Below the pieces are notes generated by a model. It was not told the DNA's origin. It saw only the letters and a list, made by a program, of their open reading frames with translations, and did not search any database. 64,000 bases of DNA. Origin: Geosiphon pyriformis uo1. Its lineage: Eukaryota; Fungi; Glomeromycota. The position numbers and the translations under genes were made by a program. Within the stretch, counting starts at the first letter, position 1; each line of letters opens with the position of its first letter. Below are positions 39,891-52,258 of this stretch, piece by piece. The stretch covers positions 806,001 through 870,000 of the forward strand of contig JAAOMT010000480.1 of NCBI GenBank assembly GCA_016748015.1, read 5' to 3'.

Positions 39891-41260
39891 ATGAATATAC
39901 AAAAATACCAACAATTCTAACATTATATAAATACCAAATTGTTCAAGAAAAAATTATTTCAAAAAGAACAAAAAAACATAAAACAACAATCAAAATATTT
40001 TATTAACCATTAAAATATATTTTACCAAAAGAACAAAAGAAATCCAGATCAACCAATTAGAGTAATCACAAAACCAGAGAAAGAGACAATATTATTCAAC
40101 ATGCACTCAAATCTAATAGCAGGACATTTTTATAAAGAAACAACCATAAAAAGAACCAGAAAAAGATATTATTAGCTATTAATGTATCCAGATATTATTT
40201 AATATGTTCAAAAGTGTGATGCTTGTTAGAGAAGAAAAGAAACAAAACCCAATGAACCATTAAGACCAATTAAAGTGGAACAACCATTTGATTGCATTGA
40301 AATTAACTTAATCAGACCATTAACAATAACCAGCAGAGGCAAGAGATATATTGCAATAACCATAGACTATCTTACAAAATGGCCAGAAGCAAAAGCCTTT
40401 CAAAGAGCAGATGCAGAATCTATTGTCAAATTTGTTTACCAAAATTTGATCTGTCAACACAGATGTCTAAAAAAACTATTATTAGATCAAGGAACTTACT
40501 TTGTGAATAGAACACTGAGAGAATTAAGTCAAAAATTTGGAGTAAAAAGACCATTATTATCACCATATCATCCACAAACAAATGGATTAGTCAAAAGGTT
40601 TAATAGAACATTGTGTAAAACAATTGCCAAAATCAGCCAAAAAAGCTAGGATGAATGGGATTTGTTTATACTATCAGTATTATTTGCTTATTAGACAATA
40701 AAGCAAGACACTACACAAGCAACACCATTTGAATTAGTATATAATAGAACAGCAACATTACCAGTGAAGATAGAAGTCAAAACATATCTAACAGAACCAA
40801 TAACAGAAGAGAATTTTCAAAAAACATTGTTGAGAAAAACATATAACTTAATGGAGACACTAGAAAACAAACAGTGAAGAGCAGCTGATAACATCCAAAA
40901 GTTACAAAAAAAACAAAAAGAAAGACATGATAACCAACTACCAGATAAACCAGTTAAATTCAAAATTGGAAACAAAGTACTGTTATATCATACCAAAGTA
41001 GAAAAACAATGGAGTAGAAAATTTGACCCCAAATAGAACAGACCATTTCACATAGAAAAAATTCTAAGAAATGGAACTTATAAATTAAGATAGAACAACA
41101 AAATCTTAGCCAAAGCAGCACATGGTGATTGATTAAAATCATATTATCATATAGTGTTATCATCCACCAGTAATATTCGACAATTAAGAATACAAAGACT
41201 AATAATTCAACCAGAGGAGATTCCATGAGATCTAGAACCAATTATAATTATTAAACCAAA
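39891..41260 (+). pseudogene. G1 integrase (HHCC, DDE core, GPY/F-like tail)
   Basis: HSNLIAGH..KCDAC; IDYLTKWPEA; DQGTYF; YHPQTNGLVKRFNRTL; NRPFHIEKILRNGTYKL; no chromodomain seen. Confidence 0.93.
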
Positions 41261-41261
41261 C

Positions 41262-41955
41262 ATGTCAAATTGAATAACCAAAAGAATATATAAAGACATA
41301 GTATATGTAACAAAAGACAGCTGAAATAGAAATTACCAACAACATTTATTCACTAGCACAACAAATTTTTCAATTGATCCAACAACAGGAAATAAAAATT
41401 ATAATCAATCAACAAACCATTAGATACAAAAACACCAGAAAGAGACCACAAGATAAAATACAAAGAGAAACAGAAAACACTATTGACAAAATAATTACAA
41501 AAGTGAAATTAGTGATAAAAGCACAACCAAAAGTCACACAATATCAAGAGTTGACTATAGAAACTTGGAATTGGTAGACACAACAATTTCTGACAAACTT
41601 TTGTTATTTTTACTTGGGGCAACACATGAATATTCAGAATTTATATACAAATAAGACAAAATAATTATTTGACACACTAATACTGCAATAACTGAAACAA
41701 TTTGTGAGAAAAAACAATCTAACCACACAGGCAAGAGCCATTTATTGGCTACACACTGAATTTCCAGACCAACCAAAAATTCTACTCAATCCAGCAATGG
41801 ATTCTATTACCACTAACCAAATGAGAAAAATAATCAATGCCCAATTTGAAAAATTACAAAGCAAGATAACACAAGTAATTCTCAAAAAAAAAGTTCAAAA
41901 AATACTTAAAGATAGAGAATTAAAATTAGGAGATCTCAATAGAGCTCAATATTAA
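41262..41955 (+). pseudogene. G1 ORF3 of unknown function, in env position
   Basis: ATG at 41262; track fragments 41374-41577 and 41704-41955 share a frame; homologous sequence in G2 and partly in G3. Confidence 0.6.
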
Positions 41956-41969
41956 AAAGAAGAGAATAA
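41954..41969 (+). other. Polypurine tract
   Basis: aaaaagaagagaataa directly before the 3' LTR. Confidence 0.85.
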
Positions 41970-42813
41970 TATTACTCATAAAATATAGAAAGCATATTAG
42001 TATATAAATTAGCCAATCAAAAGTAGTTGTAGTAGATGTAGAATTTCAGAATTCCTCTCAAAAAAAATTGCAGGATTCCAGGAATTTCAGAATTCTTATA
42101 TGAAGAATTACAGGATTCCAGAATTCCAGAATTTCTTCCAAAAAGAATTGCAGGATTCCAGAAATTCCAGAATTCCTGGTGTAAAGAATCAAGGAATTGA
42201 GGTATCTCAATTATGTATATATAGCAGTAGCATTAGAAGAAAAAAAGATGAACTTTTTAGTTTAAATTTAATCTAAGCAATCTTTCACATTACAATTATC
42301 AATAAATAATTATTTAATATCTTAAATTCACTCTTTACTATCAACACTTCATGTTAGTAACAATTGATACTTAACCACACTGAAACAATAGCTCTTGATT
42401 ACAACTATTAATAAAATACTAATATTCATTGCCTTGACTTATTTTCTTTTATTTTTGTTATTTTTTTGTTTTACTAATTGATTGAAGATTAAGCACTAAG
42501 TTATTAATATCAAAGATAGTTTGGTAAAAGACCCCAAAGAAAGGGTATAGAAATTGAGAATTTAAGGATAGCTTACCAGAAAGGCATCTCTGTTAGATTA
42601 CTGGCCACCATGCTGAGAAAAAAATTCAATGGAATTGTGACTCTGGAAGGCTATTGAGAAGACAACCATCGAATCTCTGTCTATTATACAAAAAACTCCA
42701 CAACAAAACCTTCAGATCAACAAAACCTTCAGAAACTAACATTATCATATCAATTGAGCACCAAGTTATGGGTTTGTTATTTGATTTGAGACCCCAAATA
42801 ATCACTTGTAATA
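41970..42813 (+). repeat. G1 3' LTR (844 bp)
   Basis: tattact...tgtaata (both terminal dinucleotides mutated by transition). Confidence 0.96.
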
Positions 42814-42817
42814 ACAC

Positions 42818-44051
42818 TCAAAAATATTATACAATTAGTAAAAAAAACAATTTTTTCATTTATTAAAATAAAAATTTTACTATTTTTCTTTAAATAATAA
42901 AATTCAACTTTTATTAAAAACTATATTATTATCTACATTAATCCCACAAATATTGAAAATTCTTAATTATACTAAAAAGCTTAAAAAATACAATTAAGAA
43001 AATATACTAATTACAGAATATATCTATTGCTATTTTAAAAACCCTTTTTTTAATTAAAATTCAGAGCAAAGTTTGAAAATTGTAAAGAGAAGTCTAAATT
43101 GGAATTCGAAAAAAAACCCAACAAAAAAACAATTATGAAACTGGTCATTAGAACAAGCAGTCAATTCAAAAACCAAAAAATTCGTAATTAAGAAAAAGAA
43201 TTAAATATAAGAGAAGTTATTTTTAAGAACACTTAAGAAAATATTATCTTATCTTTTTTTAGACCAATAAATTCACCAACAAAAAACAACAATAAAATAA
43301 TTACATTATATATTATGCAATTAACAGATTTTTTAGAAAAAAAATAAAAATAAACATGTATATATGACTTAAAAAAACATAAAAAGCCATCTAAGCAAAT
43401 AACTAAAATAATCAAAAAATAATTCAAATATTATCTTTTTTAAAAAAATGTTAACTTATAGCATTAAAGCTTAAAAACAAAACTTTTAAGCTTTATTTAA
43501 TTTAAAAATATACTTTTAAAGTAATTTAACAATTTAAATACTATAATTTAACTGCAAAATAAATTCAATATTATTAAACAAGATACTATATAAAACTGTT
43601 ATTAAGTTTTAGATTTTAAATCAATTTATTAAAAGATTAAAAAGCAAAATTTTGGAAAAAGTATGTTATTTTTACTTTAATTTTTTGCCAAAAGTTATTA
43701 TACTTGTCAAAATTCTTGAATTAGCTAAGAAAAAAGCTAGTTATAATTAAATAGTTAATATAGTAATTAAAAAAAACAAAACAAAAACTTTAAAAAAGAA
43801 AATAAAAAGTTATCTTATTTTAGATTTAAGAAGAAGTAATACATACTAATTACTTTAAAAATACAATTAGAAATACAGTAATAGCCAAAATAATTGTTTA
43901 TTATATTAAAACTTCAAAACAAAAACATGTATCTATTATTTTTGCAAATATATAAGACACTTAATTAGTTAATATTGAACACAAATAATACACAAAACAC
44001 ATAAAAATAATTATTATATGTTATTTTAAATGTTTAGAAATCAATATATGT
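42818..44051 (+). pseudogene. gag: G3 gag, central/C-terminal part
   Basis: 43290-43760 aligns with the G1 capsid region (LTDF..KAI*ANN..IIKQ); knuckle remnant IYYFCKYIRHLIS*Y at about 43930. Confidence 0.7.
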
Positions 44052-44560
44052 TGTTACAAATAATTATTTGGGGTGTTAAAACAAATAACAAATCTGTAAC
44101 TTGATGCTTAATAGCTAAAAATATTGGTAATTTTTAAAAATTTTGTTTGAGTTTTTTGTATAATAAACAGAGTTTTAATTGATGGTTTCTTCTGTGAATT
44201 TTTTTTCAGCATGATGACTGGTTTATTTTGGCAATTATGCTTTTCTGATAAAATATTTTTAAATTTCTATCCATGTTCTCAGGTTTTTATTAGGCTATTC
44301 TTGATATTAAATACTCAGTGTTTAATTTTTTTAATCAGTTAGTAAACAAAAAAAATAAAAAATAAAAAAATAAAAAAAAATAAAAAAAAAAATAAAAAAT
44401 TAATATTTTGTCAATAGCTATAATTAAGAATTATTAATTTAGTGTAATTAAGTATTGAATTTTATCAACATAGAATGTTAATAGTAGAAAAAGTAATTAA
44501 TATTCTTAATCAAATAATAATAATATAGATAAGATAATAATAGATAATTTTATTAATAAC
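44052..44560 (-). repeat. Partial LTR (G2 type, U5/R part) inserted in G3
   Basis: Direct match to 2679-3215; terminus tgttaca at 44052. Confidence 0.88.
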
Positions 44561-45198
44561 AGTTTATTTTAGTTAACAAGTCAATTCAAATTATTAAAAT
44601 AAATAGCAAACTTATTTTAATATACTAAAAAATCTGAATATTAAAAACAATAACAGTAAAAACACAATTAAAACCAAAAATTTGCCCAAAAATCAAAATT
44701 GAGCCAAACTATATTATTAACAGTTGCCATCAAAAATAGTAGTCTTGTAATCAATTTTTTTTTAAATTTGAAAAAAATAAAACTATGTTTAATAAAATAG
44801 TATTAAACAAAAAATGTCTAATTATTATTATGTATATAAAAATAACTGTAAACAACACTTTAATTAAACTTATTTTAAATAATAGATTTATTGAAAACAT
44901 TATAATGCTTTAATTAGTAAACTAACTGAGTTTTAAAGTTAATTATGTTGTAATGTTTCAAATTATAATAGTTAATAGAAATATTAAGTTGTCTTATAAC
45001 AAAATCAATTCATTTTTTTTTGAAATTAATGACATAATAATATTTATAAAAATATTAATAACAGACACTACACAATATCAAGCATTAATAAAAAATAACT
45101 GATTAACAAAAATTAATACTATACTATACTAGACAACTTAAAAGCTTTTTATCAACTATAATAACCACTATGTTAAAATTCCAGCCACATATGATTAT

Positions 45199-46165
45199 TG
45201 TTATTAGTAAAATTTTAGTCATTAATTAGCATAAAATTACCCTTATAATTTTTATGATTAATTAGCGTATATTAACATTATTTTAAGTATTATTTATTAT
45301 TTAATTAAATTATCAAATATTACTATTTAATAAATAATCTAATTTGAATAATAAAATTAAGATAATTAAATTACACAATACTTCAAACTATATAACATTT
45401 AAGAATTCACTGAAATTTGTAAAAGTTTACCGAAATAATAAATAGTTTACTAAAATAATTAATAATTTGTCAAAATAATTTGTGGTTTGTTAAAATATAT
45501 CTTTAGTTTATCGAAATTATAGCAAAAAAAAAATTCAAGTTTATAAACTAGTATTACAACAAGTTGTATAAAAAAAAAGCTTTTTTTTTTAAGAAAATAT
45601 ATCTTTACATTAGAATTATCTTACTCAAAATTATTTTAATTAGAATAAATTATTTTTTTACAAAAAATAACAAAATTGAAATACTTCGAAAACCAAAATT
45701 CCTTAAAATTATTTACACTTGAAATTTTCCAAAAAACCAACTAATATTTTGAAATTAATTAGCTATCAATTTTAGTAATCTGTTAATAACTTTAGGCCTG
45801 AATAAAAAACAATTCTCTTGACAAAATTTTATTTTTTTTATTTTTTTATTATAAATTATTAAGAGAGCCTAAAAACAAGATTTCTGTAGAAAAGTTGAAT
45901 TTTATAGCAAAGTAATTACACATATTTAGTGAGCTTTCAAACAAGCAATTCTTGAAAAAGAGTTGACTTTTACTACAAAATAACTATATACAATAATTAA
46001 TACAGAATTGGCCATTCTACTTATAAGTCCAGCAGTTCAAATTATAGAAAATAATTTGAAAATAAATTCAGTTATCAGAGATTTACTAGCTTCTAATAAT
46101 CGTGAATTAATAATAAACTGATATTAACAACAATTAAGGAAAGAGACCGAAAATCTCCAATAATA
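45199..46165 (-). mobile_element. Element M2 (967 bp) inserted just after the G3 protease
   Basis: tgttatt...caataata termini; TSD ttat/tcat; removing it restores IPATYD-H-FQK (G1 has TTCSHFKP). Confidence 0.88.
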
Positions 46166-48920
46166 TCATTTCCAAAAACTCAATACCAACCAAAAACTCA
46201 TCTTCAAATTTGAAAAAAATTCAGTTCTACCAATCATTAAAACTTATTAGCTTTATGAGCTAATAACCAAAAAACAAAACTACTTGCTGTACTAATTTAA
46301 ATGAGCAAAAAAAAATCCAAATAGAATTAGATAAGTTTACAAAAAAACTGCCAATAATATTAACCAAAGCTAAAATATTTAGTTTACAATAAAAAATTCT
46401 TATCTATAATTAGATGTAGCATATTAAATAAAGACTTAAAAAATTTTATTCACTATTATTATAACTATTATAACAAAAAATAGAACAAAAAACTATTTCT
46501 TACTTGTAAAAAATTATTGCCAAAAAAGTATAATTGAATTAACATGTCAAACAAAAAAAAATGTGTAATACAACTTGTCAATATACAATCTATAATTAAA
46601 TAAAAGAAAAAACACTGTTCAAAACAGCATTTAATAGAGTATTAAAAAAACTATATTATTATTTACATAACAAAGATGAATTATATAATACTATACAGAC
46701 CAAAATAAAAAAAATCCACCAAAAAAATACAATATTAGAAAATATTAGCCAAAATAGCTAATAAAGTTACTAACTATAATATGTTTAATCCAGTAAACAA
46801 AATCCAGAAAAACTATTAACAGTTATATCTTACTTATTAAGAACAAAAACAGTATTTTGTCCAAATAAATACTTACTTTTATAAAAACTGTTTTATCTTA
46901 AAAAAAATAGAAATTAAGAATTAGCAATATTAAAATTAATCAATAAATTAACAAGACTCATTTGATAGTTCTAAGTCAAAAAAATTTGTAATCAATACTA
47001 ATCTAGAATATAAAATTGATATTTAATATTTTAACAATAAGCACTTAAAGATAATATCTAAAAAATTCTATTTAACTATTACTAAATTCGATTTATATTA
47101 TTTAGAAAACCAATTTATAATATTACTATCCAAAAATATTGTTAAAATTAATTTAAAAATAACAGTTAAAATTCTGTCAGAAATAATAGTTTAAATAGAA
47201 TTATAATTAAGTCTTACAAAAAAATAGGTGTTTAAAAAAAAGTAATTAATTTTAAATACATTAAAAATTTGATAATTTTACTACAAAATAATTCAGAAAA
47301 ATCTAATATTATTAAGTTTAAGGAAAAAATTGGGAAATTTGTGCTAGTAAAAAATCATAAAAAATTAATATAAACAATAAAAAACTTTTGGTTTTGAATT
47401 AACAAAAAAAAATTGAAGCAAATTTTGCTAAAAAAATAGAAAAAAAGATAAAGTAATTAAAATTAAGTGGCTTATTATATTTATATTATATAGAAAATCA
47501 AAAATAAGAATAAGAAAAACAATTAAAAAAAAAAACTTAATATTTGAGTTTTACTTAGAAACTTATTAACAGTTTTTTATAAAACTTACTAATTTTTTTA
47601 TTCTAGTTAATAAAACTCAATAGATAAAAATTTTTATCATAAACATTACAAAAAAACTTATCTATATTTCAAAAATTATTATTATTAGATATCTTAAAAT
47701 AGAGCTAAAAAATATATTAATACTATAAAAAAATATAAATTTCTTAGAAATTATACTTTATTGTAAATTTACTTTAATAAATTAGCAACAATTATTAAAA
47801 TACTATTAATTTACACTAGAAAAATTGACTAAATTAAATATTAAAACAATAGATTCTAATTAGCAATAATAATTAAAAGCATTAATTTTAAAATACTATA
47901 ATATATTTTTATAAAATAGTAAATTTAAAAGAATCAATTTGGTTCAATACCAAATTTTTACTAAAAATACCAGACTTAAAAAACAATATACTTATTATAT
48001 TTTATCAATAAACATAATTTTATCAAAAAAAAATTTAAAACATATTAAAAAAAAGAATAATTTAATTATTAATAAGTTTATAGTTTTTTTTAGTTGTTTT
48101 AGTAAAAAAAAAAACAGAAAAATTAGATTTTGTGTTAACTATTACAAATTAAACAACAAAACAACCAAAAATTCATATCTAATACTGTTAATTAATAAAA
48201 TTTTTGATATTTTTGAAGGAGCAAAATGGTTTTCTATATTTAACTTGATTAGTAAATATTAGCAAGTAGAAATAAATCTAAAAAACAAGCACAAAACAAT
48301 ATTTACAATACAAAATAACAATTATAAATTCAATATAATGCTATTTAAATTAATAAATACTTCTACAATATTTTAAAGACTAATAAATATAATTTATTTT
48401 AGAATTTTGTTACAATTAATTATTGTTTATTTGAATAATACAAATGTTTTCTTGTTAAAATTCATGATTATCTTCAATATTTATAACAAGTTTTTGAGAG
48501 ATTAAAATATATTTAACTTAAATTAAATTTAAAAAAATGTTTTTTAAGAAAAATAAATTAATATTTTTAGAATATGCAGTTAAAAAAAATAGAATAAAAC
48601 CTGATTCATCAAAAATAAACAAAGTAAAAAATTTTTCTATATTTCAAAATGTTTTAAAAATTAGAAACCTTTTAAAACTTGTATCTTATTATTATTATTT
48701 TGTAAAAAAATTTTTAAATATTATTAAATTTCTTAATTATTTACTATTTAAAATGTAAAATTTAAATAAACTAAAACATAACAAATAGTTTTTAAGTATC
48801 TTAGACAAAAACTCATTAAATTATTAATACTAATCTATTCAGATTTTAACAAAAAATTTATTTTGACCACAAATGTCTATAAAATTAGATATAAAACTAT
48901 ATTTTTACAAAAAAATATGC
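46166..48920 (+). pseudogene. pol: G3 pol remnant: Cys region, dUTPase, RT, start of RNase H
   Basis: MCNTTCQYTI (46561); KFDLYY...LLQNNSEKS dUTPase; RKIRFCVNYYKLN..FEGAKWFS; IKPDSSKINKVKNF. Confidence 0.85.
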
Positions 48921-49410
48921 CAGATAATTACAAATATTAATACTATATAATTATATTATCAAATACAAAAAAAATACAAAAAATATTAATACTAACTGTT
49001 TTTTAAGAATAAAACACATGTAAAAATTATAAACCTATCTATTATAAAATTTTTAGTTAATATTTAAAAAATACTTAAACATATAATTATTCTACTCAAA
49101 AAATTTAATTAGAGTATTTGACAAAACAATAAACAACCAATTAGAAAGTTTTATTAAAAAAACCAACAATATATTTTATTCAAAAGCAGTTACAGAATTT
49201 TCAAAACATTTGAAAACTATAACAATATATTACTAAATTTAATTATAAATATAATAATAATTAACAGTATTAAACAACTTACCAACTTACAATTTTAAGA
49301 ATTATAACAACAAGTTAATAATACAGTATTAAATTACTATAGCAACTTAAAATTTAATGAAAAAATTAACTTTGATTTTAGTAGAGCTTAATTTTAAAAG
49401 CAGAAAATAA

Positions 49411-50273
49411 TGTTATAGTTTAAGAATTTAGCAAAAAAATTATAAAATAATATAAATTATTCAATTATAATATAGCACAATAATAATCTTAAAAAGTTAA
49501 TAATTAACATAATAGTAATTATTATTTTATAATAGTAACAAGCACTAATTTACAATAATAACCAAAACCAATTAATAATAGCAGCAAACACTAAATTAAA
49601 ATATTAAAAAAAAAGTATTATAATGTGTTTTTTTGTAAAACTACAAATATATATATATATAATAGTTTTAATATTAAAAAAAAAACAAATTATAAAACAA
49701 ATTATAAAATAAGTTTATCTAACAATTTTTACTTTAATTATCTTTTAATTTTTACTTTTAAAATAAATATTTAAAATTTTTTTTAATTAAAAAGAAATAA
49801 AAAAATATTAAAAACTGAATTATTACAATTTAAATTATAAAAAAATTACTTGTATTATTTATTAAATGAAACTATTATTCATCAGCTAAATTTTTTAGAA
49901 GAATAATCTCTAATTAAAATTATTTATATTATTATTAATTAATAAAAGTTTTATTGTAAAAATTAAAAAAAACACTAAAGACTATTAACATTCTATGTTT
50001 TTAAATTAAAAAAACACATTAAGCAATTGCTAAAATAATCTCAAAAAAGATCTTAGACAGCAAATAAATTTCATTTTAGCTTCTGAAAAAGAATACATAA
50101 ATACATATAACAATTAAAAATTGAGAAATAACATATATTATGATATCAAAAAAAAGTTTTTAATATAATAATAATAATATTATACAAATAGAATTGAGGA
50201 ATTTATAAGAGATTAATTGTAATTAAAACGAAATATTAGCAATTAAAATAATTAAGAAAACTATTTTATAATA
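49411..50273 (+). repeat. G3 3' LTR (S type, heavily mutated)
   Basis: tgttatag...tataata; preceded by a PPT and by an ORF3-end motif (agagcttaatttt) like G1 (agagctcaatatt). Confidence 0.88.
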
Positions 50274-50833
50274 CTAGTTAATAATTTGTTAAAAAAATAC
50301 AATAAATACTTAACAATAAATTTATTTAAATATTAATAAGTTTTTGGGTTTTTTAATAGTTTTGGTAAAAAAAAACAAAAAAATACAATTTTGTATTAAC
50401 TATTATTAATTAAATAATATTACAATTGGAGATATTTATTTATTACTATAAATTAATAACATAATAAATATTTTTAAAAAATTTAACTACTTTTTAATAT
50501 TAAACTTAAAAAATAAATACTAATACATTATAATAAATTTTAAAAACCATTCAAAAACAGTTTTTATTACATAAAAAAAATTATAAGTTTAATATAATAT
50601 TTTTTAAATTATGTAAAATATTAATAATATTTTAATAATTTATAAATATTATTTATAACAATCTGTAATTATCTATTTTAACAATTTTAATATTTAATTA
50701 TTTATTATTCAAAACTTATTTAATTTATTTGTAAGAAGTTTTTTAATAATTACAAAAAGCAGAATTGAAACCAAATATTAAAAAATGTTATTTTAAAAAA
50801 CAAGTTTAGTTTTTTTGATTATATTATTAATAG

Positions 50834-51560
50834 TATTACTGAAAGTTTTCTACTCTTTTTTGAATGTTGTTTATATTGTTTTGCTGTTAATTTTACTATT
50901 GATAAAAGTCAGTAAATTTTTAATAAGCTAATTTTTTCCTAAAGTATCTCTTTATATTTTGGATTATATATGCTATTGGCTTTATAATAAAATAGTTAAT
51001 TCTGTTTCAATTATTTGTATAGTTATTTTGTAATAAAAATCGACTTTTTTACAAACAAATTTTGTTTGTAAGCTTTTCAAAATATGTGTAGTTACTTTGT
51101 AATAAAAGTTAACTCTTTTACAAAAAAATTTTGTTTGTAAGCTTTTTAAAATATATATAGTTACTTGTTATAAAAGTTAACTCTTTTATAAAAAATTTTA
51201 ACTATAGACTATTCAAAAATATAAAAAAAAATATAAAAATAAAAATAAACTTAAAAAAAAGAAATAAGAAAATATGTTAAGAAAGTTATTTCAAATTCAA
51301 ATTTGAAAATTACTAATAATTATTGAAATTAATAGCTAATTAATTTTAAAATGTTAATATAAAATAGTTAATTTTAAATAAAAATAATTAAGAATTTTTG
51401 TTTTTTAAAGTGAGTTTTTATTGGAATTAATCTGTAAAAAAGATATTTAATAGAAAATTGATTCTAATTAAAATATATTTTTTTAAAAAGAAAAGCTTTT
51501 TTTTTATATAATTTATTATAATACTATTTTATAATCTAGTATTTTTTTCAATTTGGTATA
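50834..51560 (+). mobile_element. Partial M-family element M3 with expanded internal ~60-bp repeat
   Basis: Starts tattactgaaag; three copies of tagttactttgtaataaaagttaactcttttaca... at about 51018-51200. Confidence 0.75.
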
Positions 51561-52258
51561 CAATTTTTTTTGGTTAACTTAAAAGATATTTTTTAAAGCT
51601 TAAAACCAATAGTTATTATTAAACAAATTTCAAATATGAATATTTAATATTTAAAATTACTTTATATTTATTTTTTAAACTTTAATAAAAAAATTCACAA
51701 AAACAAATTAAAAATTATACAGAAAATACTAAAAAAAAATATTATAAAAACTTATATACCAAAAATAATTTCATTTTTTTTCATATTTTAATTTAATTTT
51801 TATAATAACTATTTCTTAAAACATTCAATAATTATTTTAAAACTAATATTAGTTTTAAAAACACTTTAAATTATTTATAATAATTACAGAAAAAAAAAAT
51901 TAATTAAATTTAAATAAAATCTGTTATAATTTTAGTAGTAAATACATAAAATTATTATTTCTATAAAAAAAACAAAAAAATATTCTGAAGTTTATTTGTT
52001 AAAACTTTTAAAACAAGCTTTAAAAAAAATTTATTGTTTGTTTTTATTGATATTTTATTAAATATCACTATTTAACAAAAACTTTAATAGTGTTTTAATA
52101 AATAAAACAATAAATATTTCTACAGTAATATAAAACTTTTTCTTTTGTTGATCACCTGACCACAATGAGAGCTTGGAGTTGTCGAAGAGATAGCCTTCCT
52201 TATCCTTTTTTCCTTTGTCCCTTTCATTATTTTTTCAAACATACTTCTATTTGTGCCT

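Larger units (their letters stand above)
32828..42813 (+). mobile_element. Full-length Ty3/Gypsy LTR retrotransposon G1 (about 10 kb), dUTPase-encoding, pseudogenised
   Basis: Paired LTRs, PBS, PPT, domain order gag-PR-dUTPase-RT-RH-IN, 4-bp TSD atac/acac. Confidence 0.97.
28250..50273 (+). mobile_element. Old Ty3/Gypsy element G3 (S-type LTRs), fragmented by L-E, G1, an LTR fragment and M2
   Basis: 5' LTR pieces 28250-28491 and 32036-32377; PBS-like tagtaaattttataaag at 32380; gag 32400-32827 and 42818-44051; protease about 44870; dUTPase about 47050-47400; RT 47900-48760; PPT aaaagcagaaaataa; 3' LTR 49411-50273. Confidence 0.82.
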
